A stretch of DNA of 64,000 nucleotides from NCBI GenBank assembly GCA_040954595.2, contig CM082583.2, forward strand, positions 4,039,060 through 4,103,059, written 5' to 3'. Of this stretch, positions 1-9,850 are shown in pieces (positions within the stretch are counted from its first letter, which is position 1; each line of letters starts with the position of its first letter). A program made the translations under genes and the position numbers. The DNA comes from Balanoglossus misakiensis. Taxonomy: Eukaryota > Animalia > Hemichordata. The notes beneath the pieces were generated by a model. That model was not told where the DNA came from and did no database searches. It saw only the letters and a list, made by a program, of their open reading frames with translations.

Positions 1-97
1 GTACGCCCCGCAGCAGTCACAACACCAGCAGAAGCGGAGATTCACGGAAGATCCGTCGCAAGACGAAAAACCGGAAGATGAGCTTCTTGGATACCAG
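1..97 (+). CDS. KHDC4: KHDC4 (KIAA0907/BLOM7) internal exon, 5' part outside window
   Basis: Frame from nt 2 reads YAPQQSQHQQKRRFTEDPSQDEKPEDELLGYQ, matching the KHDC4 KRRFTEE...LLGYQ motif; GT donor at 98, phase 0. Confidence 0.88.
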
Positions 98-696
98 GTT
101 GTATTGCATGGCTTCCATAATGTGCCTCCCTCACCTCTTAATGCGTTTCAGAACAGCTGCATGTGTCCGCCAGAAAAGAACGATGCGATAGAAATTCATT
201 GCTCAGTTTCGATTGCAAGTTGAACTCAAGCTGTGTGTGAACTTAGAAGAACTTATTCGTCAGAAGGACTGTACCATATGATTGATGTTGACTGTGAATG
301 GTGGTTGGAAGTGAAATGTGAATATTCACAAGAACATCTGTGTATCCAAACAACATGTCGATTGATACCAAATGAGTTGCATTCTCTTAGATGTACACCT
401 TCTGAAGTTGGAATATCGATGAAATACAGTTACATTACCACAATTTAACACCTTCTCAATTTCAGGGAAAATATTCTTTTTTGGTACAATCAGCCTTTCT
501 ATAGTATCAAGAAAAAAAAGTTTCTTTTTCCTTAGCGTCTGTGGAATTCAACGACTTTGTGTTCTTTTCCAGAGAGTATTAAACAACTCTTTCCCTTTCA
601 CAGGACCAGCTTTTCAGTTTCAACGTTGATTTTTATTTTGAAATGACCGAGCGTATCATTGTCGGCTGACCACCACTTTCTTTCCCATCTGTATAG

Positions 697-866
697 CATG
701 GTCCTCCTCACTTGACTAATCTAGGTGCAGTGCCTGGGAATAACTCTCAAGCCGGTCACGTAGTGCAGGTGCAGCAACAACCGCCGTTACTAAGGGCAAC
801 GGGACAGCACATCTTACAAACACCATTACAGATCCCACAAGGAATGCCACAAATCCTAAGGGATAG
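697..866 (+). CDS. KHDC4: KHDC4 exon (HGPPHLTNLG...ILRD)
   Basis: Pyrimidine tract plus TAG acceptor at 694-696; HGPPHLTNLG resembles human HGPIHMTNLG; AG|GTAAG donor at 867 (phase 2); possible internal donor at 725. Confidence 0.82.
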
Positions 867-1833
867 GTAAGATACCACAAAAAAAAGATGATATTTGTTT
901 TTGTTTTTTTTCACTTGATATCATTGTTGGCCTTTCCTGCTTCACCCGACCATCCAGCCGATTGCCACTAACACAATCATGTTTTTTAAATTTTTCTCTT
1001 TATCAATAACAAACAATTTTGCATGGCATCATTAAAATAACCTAGCATTCTACATTCATAACTTTTTACTGTTTCATTTTTCCTAGTCAACCAACGAATT
1101 TGTGGTCTTGGTGTGTTTTGTTGATAAATAAATCTCCCTTTTACAGTTTTGTGTCTGTATTATTATACCTGTGGTTATATCTGGAGTGCAATCATGTTAT
1201 GAAGCATTGATACTCATGTATTGTTTTTGCAAAAAAAAATTCCTTGCTGACATCTTTAAATATTTTTTTATTTTTAAACACCCCCCTGTTTTGCATCACG
1301 ACAACCCCATGATCGCTTTAACTTCGTCCTGTACTTTAATCTCTCAACACAGACGTTTTTATATCTGTCTGCCTGTTTGTCTGTCTGTCTTCATCCTTAT
1401 GCTCAGTGGTGGTTGATAGAATAGAGGTGAAATAAAAACATTCTGGAAAAAAAGAGGATGGATGTAGTAAAAGAGTAAAAGAATCAGCCAGGGCAAAGAT
1501 GGCGCCTAACTCTACATCTGATTTTAATCAGATTGGGCATGGATGTACTCCACTTTCTTGTCTGTGTCAACTTCCACTTGAGCATAAAAGCTGATTAATT
1601 TTCGTGTAGAGGTTTTTGAAAGGAGTTTTCTTTCAGGATGATGACACTGAGATGTAGATTTACACTGCTTTATTCTCTCAGGCCTGTGCAAATTCTCACA
1701 CTTCCAGTCATTAGAGCTAAATTTGTTTGTGCCTAGTAAGCACCTTTATTTTTAATACCAGGCTAATCATTGCTCGTTTCAATTTTCATAGCATTTGATA
1801 GATAATGTAGTTATAGCATCTTGTTCATTCTAG

Positions 1834-1894
1834 GAGATGGCCTCAAAGTGAATCGATACACTGGTAGTTCAGACACCTACATCAGCATCCAGTG
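1834..1894 (+). CDS. KHDC4: Candidate KHDC4 alternative exon (GDGLKVNRYTGSSDTYISIQ)
   Basis: ttcattctag acceptor and weak GTACAT donor at 1895; open only if entered in phase 1; exits in phase 2, compatible with exon 1965. Confidence 0.35.
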
Positions 1895-1964
1895 GTACAT
1901 GTATTCTCATTGAAATAGGATCTTTGATATTCTTTCCCCGTTTACACTTTTTTTCGCTTTTCAG

Positions 1965-2068
1965 CAAGTTGATGCCACCACCAATGCCATCGATCAATAT
2001 GTCTCACGCAGTGGGTGACAAAGACAAGCACCTTATGCCCCCACCACCATGTTTACCCATTCCAGGAG
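1965..2068 (+). CDS. KHDC4: KHDC4 exon (KLMPPPMP...DKHLMPPPPCLPIPG)
   Basis: Strong T-tract plus CAG acceptor (phase 2); LMPPP motif as in human DRQLMPPP, here present twice; GT donor at 2069 (phase 1). Confidence 0.85.
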
Positions 2069-3983
2069 GTTTGTATTTTGGTCTTTTTAAAACATGCTCA
2101 TCTCGTTTCATTAGTTCTTGCACCGAACTCGGTCGGTATATTAACTGCTTTAGATTGTTACCTCATCTAGGCGAGCAGATTGTCCAGTTTGTTTTTGAGG
2201 TGAAAAGTGGCCTATTGCAAGCTGAATTTGACTGTTGTCCTGAGATAATGCTCCAGAATTGATCGCAAATAACAATACATGTAATTTGAAACTTTTAGAC
2301 AGTTGTAGTGAGGATTGAGTACAGATTGTTTCAGCACCAACCACTGTTAGGCAGAGTTTAATTGATATTTTACTTGCATCAGGCTTCGGGCACCTAGGTC
2401 GCGTGCAACATCTCTGGAGCTCGTGGGAAGACCGATTGTATTCGTGATAATTTTGACACAACTTCAAAATATTCTTGGTAATTTTTATTCTAGACATCAG
2501 AATCTCTACAACAGTTCAACATTAACTTGTAGTATGCGACTTGCTTGTTTGAATGTTTCTAGTGTACTCGGGATAATCTGCTTGCCTAATTAGAAAGGTG
2601 AAATGCTGAACAGAGCTTCAAGCCATTTTTTTTCTCTCCCGTTTTCATGATTAGGTCCACTCACATAATTTATTTTCCCAAACTTTCCAAGATGTTAACT
2701 TAATATTGCAAAATGCATTGTCTGTTTTCAAATCTTTATAGGTTAGTGTTGTGGAAAGAAACTGGATGCCACGGTCTCCCTCATAGCAATTTTGATGTCA
2801 GTTAAATTTAGTCCCTTGTAATAAAAAAAAGTCTGGGTGGGGGTTGGGGTACTCATGAATTAGACTCTGTCCATCTGTCCAAGGCTTATTCAGACTGCAG
2901 TTGAGAAAATAGACAGAGGCTATCATGTACTTCTAGAGGGGGATTTCCTACATTTCCTACTATTTAACTTTGGGTGGATTTTCAGCAATTTGGCCCGAAA
3001 CAGGTTATTTGAAAATTGATCTATTTTTAGCTCAAAATGGGGATGCTTTTTTCGCTGTCTGTGCAAGTTCTTCCAAAATTGCTGATCCATTGCAGACTCT
3101 GTTTGCGTGTAGATGTCTCCGTTGTAAAATTGCATGAGCCCGAGTGGACATAACCCTTGTTTCAGTAGCCCTGTGTACATTGCAGTGTATTCACAGTAAA
3201 AATGTGATATTCTTTTGACTACAAGTGTTTCTGCTTGCATTTGCCAGCTGTTTTTCATTATGGGATTATCTTGAAGTGGGATCCATTGAATTTAACATTT
3301 CTGTGTTTGCACAGGGGGTTATAGGGGAGCTGATGTCATGTTGTACTTTTGTCAGTATGTCTTATGTGTTACTGATAATACATTGACCCCTGAGAAACAA
3401 ATCAAAGTATTCAAGAAGATTTTGTATTTCTACATCGTTATGAATCAAATCCTGATGAAATTCCATTTTTTCTCTTTTTTATATCCCTCTATCTCTTTTT
3501 TTTTATCTCCTTCACTTTCTTCAATGTTGGCGTAATGGACCACTGGTGCTGTTGGTGACTATGGAATTGCCTGGAATCCTTGGAAATGGAAAAAAACTGT
3601 GAATGTTTGTTTTACAATTTTAACGTGTTATTATTCACTTTTTTCAATGTCTGATGGAATGACGTGGAAATGCAAATTTGAAATAATCTGTTAATTTTTT
3701 CTCCTAACTTTGATCCACATTTTTCTGCACTCATCCAATAACGCTTTCACTACATTTTGAACATGTACATTCTTCTTAACATTATCACACCCTGAAATTA
3801 TTATCCATTTTGTTTTGTTTTTGTTAATTTTGGATTTCCCCATCAAAAATTAATGATTTTCTTGTGGGTCTGGATCTCTCTTTTGAATTCCCCCCTGGGC
3901 CCCAAATGAATCCCCCTGCCCAATTGTATTCTTTTGTATTTTTGGTCTTTGTGTGTTGTTTCCCCACATGATTCTGTAAACAG

Positions 3984-4579
3984 GAAGAGCAAGGTCGCCC
4001 TCGCCGGATGAGCAACATCGGCATAAAAGGGTGAAGACGTCATTGGTTGCGTACGATGGAGATTCCGACGAGGATGACGAACTTTCTGGTGGAAGGCAGT
4101 TTCCGAGAAACGCCGCCAAGTACGAACATCACCTCTATCAACACAAAACGCTCATATACACGAGCGGGGCCCAGAGCGGCGGTCAACAACACCCCCAGTA
4201 TTTACCTCACCCGGCGAGCCCCTCGAGTCCACAGTACGGAAACCCGTCGCCTGTTCAGATGCCAATGTACACGTCTCAGCCCCAGCCGCTTCCAGTCACC
4301 CAACATTACACATCCACAGTGTACAGCCAACCGCAGGTGCCGTTCAGTCAGTACATCCAGCAGCCCAATTACAGTCAAGCACAGAACGTGTACAGTAATG
4401 CCACTTCGCCGCAGTACCAACAGCAAGTTCACATCCAGCAACAGCAGCAGCAGCAGCAGCCATCGGCTGTACACTCGCAACCGATCCCAACTCCACAGAT
4501 ACATCATCAAGCTCCCCACCCACAGCAACAGCAACAACAACAGCAGCAATCGATGCCATTTTGGATGGCACCAAATTAA
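3984..4579 (+). CDS. KHDC4: KHDC4 last coding exon
   Basis: CAG acceptor at 3981-3983, phase 1; reads RARSPSPDEQHRHKRVKTSLVAYDGDSDEDDE...Q/P/Y-rich...MPFWMAPN*. LVAY-x-x-DS-acidic and terminal MPFWMAP are KHDC4 hallmarks. Confidence 0.92.
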
Positions 4580-6727
4580 TAGGAGATATATTGATCTTAA
4601 AGGGCAACGGTCGTCTTATGGGCACGTGCCAAACCAGAGACTCCGGTTACAAAAATTGTATACAATCAACGCCATAAGGCAGTGTGCTGTCCTAACAACC
4701 AACAAAATGGCACCGACCATAGTCTGTGTCAGAAATCGGGATAAGACAGAAAATTAGCTGGAAAGTAGGGACAGAAGTAAAAATATGGAAGGAAGAGAAG
4801 GCAGTCCACTATTTGGATGCATCAAATGCAAAATTTGCAGAACATTTGAATCGGACGTAATGTTTGTACACACGAAAGTCTGCACATGCGCATAAGACAA
4901 TCGTTGGCCTTTAATGCTACCTTTTCTCAATCCCTGGTTCTTGCATTTAATGGATGTGTGAATTGCTCATTAACTGTCACTCAATCTTTTGTCTTCTAAT
5001 GAAATTTTTATCAAGTAATTAAATTTCCTGTTTGATAAATCTGATAATTAATTGGGAACTTTAAGTAACAATGTAACTCAGTTTTCTCCACCGTTTGTTG
5101 ATGTATGCTTGGAATAATCTGAATGTCAGGCAGAATATTTTTGTATACTATCAAATTCTTATGTCAGTCCTTAATAGGGAACATTTCAGATTGTCGCATA
5201 AGTTAAAAAAACAAAACAATTTCTTGTAGGGGGGGGGGGGGGGAATTGAACTGAGCTCAATTAGTGAACTTTCCTCTTTTTGGAGATTATATTTTTTGAC
5301 ACGTGGGTTAAACAGACATGTATTTTTATGTATGAACTTTCTTCAAACGAAGTTGCCACTGCCAAAATTATGCAAGTGAGATGTGAAAATTGTTAGTACA
5401 AACCTTTGGTGGGTCTCTTTTTGTTTATTTTTTTTTTTTATATCAGAAATTTTCTATTTTTAGTGAATTTTGGGGGGAAATTTCCCCAGAATTGCTGAAA
5501 GGGTGGGGGGGGGGGGGGGGTATTGATATATACTAGTAAATTTCATTTGTTTAACTTGTGTGACAATCTGCAATAGTTCCTGAACATTTCTGTGGATAGA
5601 ACTCTGATGACAGACAAATCTGCCTGGTTCATTAAGCAGAATAAGAAGTGGCAATTTGAAACGGATTGGATAAAGCATGTTGCACTCATAGAGGGAGGAT
5701 GTATTAATAGACAAACAGTATGGCCCAAGCAGTCATTTCAGTTCAACCCCCATTTCCCATACATATATGTAGCAGTGGGAGCTAATGGGATCAGTTGGCA
5801 TCTGTCATTGTACATAAGTACATAGGTAAGGTTAGGTAGGTATTTGTAGGTAGGTGGGTGCATGTATGCATATCAAGGCCCATGCAGATGTGACTGAACC
5901 AACTACATGTACGTTGTACATTCACACTTATTTCAAGGACAGTGTACTGTGCAGTTGCCTTTGGGATTATACTAATGGAAAATTTAGGATTAACGCTCAC
6001 TGCAAGTGTGTGGAATTTGTCTCTTACCATAGGATTACACTGAGCTGAGTCAACTGATATTAAATTCAGTGGTCAAATGAAATTGTATGGGCACAGTGTT
6101 CAATTTTGATATAAACTTGTTGAATATGTTCAACCATAAACAAAAATGGTGAAAAAATGCTGACTCAGCAGTGTTTATCATTTTGCACTAAATTCATGGC
6201 CTTGTTCTATCTCAAAAACAAGCACAGTGTCCTGTATTGTATTATTGATTTTCAATATACATACAAAAAAGAACCCCAAATTTCACAATTAAAGAAATCA
6301 TACTTTCAGTTTTGCTGGTTGGTCATCTTTAAATGGACTTGTCACGTCCAAAAATTTGCAAATGCGTTGAACATGGTCAAAATCTCAAGAATTAAATTTC
6401 AGATTGTTTTGACATTTGGTTTGTAGGCATGCTAGCTTACATAAATTGCAAATATTGACTAATCAAGATTTATGCTTAATACAGATTGTCACAATGATAA
6501 TTATTCTGTTAGGAGATAGTCTGATGGCAATTGCTGATGTAAGCCAAAATGCTTTTTTCATTTGATTGGAAAACATTTTGTAAGTCATATTTTTCTCTAA
6601 TGATTGCTTATCTTCTTGATATTTGTCAATGTTATGTTAAATATCAATCTCAGAAACTGTCTGATTACTTTCAAACATTTGGTCTGTAAAAGTCCTCAGT
6701 GTGTATATTATGATGCATTAAATTTAT

Positions 6728-6733
6728 AATAAA
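6728..6733 (+). promoter_or_regulatory. Probable KHDC4 polyadenylation signal AATAAA
   Basis: First canonical AATAAA I found downstream of the stop, followed by T/GT-rich sequence; implies a 3' UTR of about 2.2 kb. Confidence 0.5.
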
Positions 6734-6820
6734 GAATTGCATTTCATAGCAATTTTTACTTAAATTTGCCATATTTGTGTCAAATGAACGTTTATGTGAT
6801 GCGATCACATAGTTTGTCAC

Positions 6821-7266
6821 TGTGTGTATGTATGTATGTATGTGTGTGTGTATGTATGTATGTATGTATGTATGCATGTGTGTGTATGTATGTATGTATG
6901 CATGTGTGTGTGTATATGTATGTATGCATGTATGTATGTATGTATGTTAGACTCTCTCACAGCCCACGGTTCGCTACAACATGCGCTACAACAAGCCTCT
7001 TCACTGACGCGCCCTCAACCGTTTGGCAAGGGAGAAGCACCGTTTGGTGTTGTGTAGCTAACCTCTCTCCGGGCACACATGCAATCAGTCCATAAGCCTG
7101 CATGGACGACGAGAGGGGCTGTGAGAGAGTCTAGTATGTATGTATACATGTGTGTATGCATGTGTGTATGTGTGTGTGTATATATGTATGTGTGTATATG
7201 TATGCATGTGTGTATGTATATGTGTGTGTGCGTGTGTTTGTGTGTGCTTGAATGGATGTATGGATG
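6821..7266. repeat. (TATG)n/(TG)n compound microsatellite interrupted by a MITE
   Basis: Directly visible at 6821-6947 and 7134-7266. Confidence 0.95.
6948..7133. mobile_element. 186-bp MITE with perfect 18-bp terminal inverted repeats
   Basis: TAGACTCTCTCACAGCCC (6948-6965) and its reverse complement GGGCTGTGAGAGAGTCTA (7116-7133); no coding capacity. Confidence 0.8.
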
Positions 7267-7274
7267 AATGGATA

Positions 7275-9338
7275 CGAAATTTTGAAACTTCGCAAAGTTG
7301 AAATCCAAAAATGACGATTTTCCGAGTTTGCGAATTTTCAAAATATGGTCATTTTTTGATAAAAATCATGGGTTATAGCTCATGAAAATCATCCAAAAAT
7401 GACGATTTTCCGACTTTGCGTAGGTTCAAAATTTGGTCATTTTATGATAAAAATCATGGGTTATGGCTCATGAAAATCATCCAAAAATGACGATTTTCCG
7501 AGTTTGCGAATTTTCAAAATTTTGTCATTTTTTGATAAAAATGATGGGTAATGGCTCATGAAAATCATCCAAAAATGACGATTTTCCGAGTTTGCGAATT
7601 TTCAAAATTTGGTCATGTTTTGATAAAAATCATGGGTTATGGCTCATGAAAATCATCAAAAAATGACGATTTTCCGAGTTTGCGAATTTTCAAAATTGGT
7701 CATGTTTTGATTAAAATCATGGGTTATGGCTCATGAAAATCATCCAAAAATGACGATTTTCCGAGTTTGCGAATTTTCAAAATTTGGTCAGTTTCTGACA
7801 AAAATCATGGGTTATAGCTCATGAAAATCATCCAAAAATGACGATTTTCCGAGTTTGCGAATTTTCAAAATTGGTCATGTTTTGATAAAAATCATTTGTT
7901 ATAGCTTATGAAAATCATCCAAAAATGACGATTTTCCGAGTTTGCGAATTTTCAAAATTTGGTCATGTTTTGATAAAAATCATGGGTTATAGCTCATGAA
8001 AATCATCCAAAAATGACGATTTTCCGAGTTTGCGAATTTTCAAAATTTGGTCATGTTTTGATAAAAATCATGGGTTATAGCTCATGAAAATCATCCAAAA
8101 ATGACGATTTTCCGAGTTTGCGAATTTTCAAAATTTGGTCATTTTTTGATAGAAATCATGGGTTATAGCTCATGAAAATCATCTAAAAATGACGACTTTC
8201 CGAGTTTGCGAATTTTCAAAATTTGGTCATGTTTTGATAAAAATCATGGGTTATAGCTCATGAAAATCATCCAAAAATGACGACTTTCCGAGTTTGCGAA
8301 TTTTCAAAATTTGGTCATGTTTTGATAAAAATCATGGGTTATAGCTCATGAAAATCATCCAAAAATGACGATTTTCCGAGTTTGCGAATTTTCAAAATTT
8401 GGTCATGTTTTGATAAAAATCATGGGTTATAGCTCATGAAAATCACCCAAAAATGACGATTTTCCGAGTTTGCGAATTTTCAAAATTTGGTCATGTTTTG
8501 ATAAAAATCATGGGTTATAGCTCATGAAAATCATCCAAAAATGACGATTTTCCGAGTTTGCGTATTTTCAAAATTTGGTCATCTTTTGATAAAAATCATG
8601 GGTTATAGCTCATGAAAATCATCCAAAAATGACGATTTTCCGAGTTTGCGAATTTTCAAAATTTGGTCATCTTTTGATAAAAATCATGGATTATAGCTCA
8701 TGAAAATCATCTAAAAATGACGACTTTCCGAGTTTGCGAATTTTCAAAATTTGGTCATGTTTTGATAAAAATCATGGGTTATAGCTCATGAAAATCATCC
8801 AAAAATGACGACTTTCCGAGTTTGCGTATTTTCAAAATTTGGTCATGTTTTGATAAAAGTCATGGGTTATAGCTCATGAAAATCATCCAAAAATGACGAC
8901 TTTCCGAGTTTGCGAATTTTCAAAATTTGGTCATGTTTTGATAAAAATCATGGGTTATAGCTCATGAAAATCATCCAAAAATGACGACTTTCCGAGTTTG
9001 CGAATTTTCAAGATTTGGTCATGTTTTGATAAAAATCATAGGTTATAGCTCATGAATATCATCCAAAAATAACGATTTTCCGACTTTGCGAAAGTTCAAA
9101 ATTTTTTCTGTTTTTGAAAAATCATCCGAAAATGACAAATTTTAGACTTTGCGAAAGTTCATAATTTCTTCATTTTTTGAAAAAAATCATGGGTTATAGC
9201 TCATGAAAATCATCCAAAAATGACAATTTTTCGACTTTGCGAAAGTTAAAAATTTCTTCATTTTTTGAAAAAAATCATGGGTTATAGCTCATGAAAATCA
9301 TCAAAAAATGACGATTTTCCGAGTTTTCGAATTTTTTT
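7275..9338. repeat. 88-bp tandem satellite, about 23 copies
   Basis: Unit gaaaatcatccaaaaatgacgattttccgagtttgcgaattttcaaaatttggtcatgttttgataaaaatcatgggttatagctcat; period 88 (e.g. 7381 to 7469); central copies near-identical, edge copies diverged. Confidence 0.97.
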
Positions 9339-9578
9339 ATGTATGTATGTATGTATGTATGTATGTATGTATGTATGTATGTATGTATGTATGTATGTAT
9401 GTATGTATGTATGTATGTATGTATGTATGTATGTATGTATGTATGCATGTATGTATGTATGTATGTATGTATGTATGTATGTATGCACACACACACACAT
9501 ACATACATACACACACACATGCATACATACATACACACATACATACATACACACACGCACGCACACACTCCACACACA
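9339..9578. repeat. (TATG)n followed by inverted (CATA/CA)n microsatellite
   Basis: TATG run 9339-9485, then CACA/CATA run 9486-9578. Confidence 0.95.
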
Positions 9579-9844
9579 AACTGATACAACATCCATCAAC
9601 TGGTTCAATAAGCTCCCACTGCTATAAACATGCCAAATGGGAGCTGAAGAAAACAAGAAGTCTAAACACAAAATCAATTCACTGTCATAGTTTATTTCTA
9701 TCATTTATAACGAACCGTTTAAAGCATAGTGAAGAAAGAATAATAAAGTACACTTGTTGTACTACTTTATGACCTTCACTCTGAGGAGATAATGTGGGAT
9801 TCACAATGAAAAATAATGACCACAGACGAACTTGCCACATGTTA

Positions 9845-9850
9845 TTTATT
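9845..9850 (-). promoter_or_regulatory. Candidate distal SNX27 polyadenylation signal (AATAAA on - strand)
   Basis: TTTATT on + strand near the edge of unique sequence before the repeat block; other candidates exist more proximally (about 11262, 11973, 12696). Confidence 0.4.

Noticed and set aside
320-385. AAGAA...GATAC resembling a SCARNA4-type U2 pseudouridylation pocket
   Set aside because: The upper stem is poor and there is no H or ACA box at the required distance.
2155-2280. Two hairpins ending near ACA as a possible H/ACA RNA
   Set aside because: No ANANNA H box in the hinge and no identifiable guide target.
4047-4757. 236-aa overlapping ORF and antisense ORFs in the KHDC4 last exon
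   Set aside because: Alternative-frame shadows of low-complexity CAG/CAA-rich coding sequence with no recognisable motifs.
7275-9338. Regular repeat array as a possible CRISPR array
   Set aside because: Units are head-to-tail with no unique spacers, no cas genes, and the context is eukaryotic; it is a satellite.
6671-9772. ORFs of MYVC/HTYI repeats
   Set aside because: These are translations of (TATG)n microsatellites.
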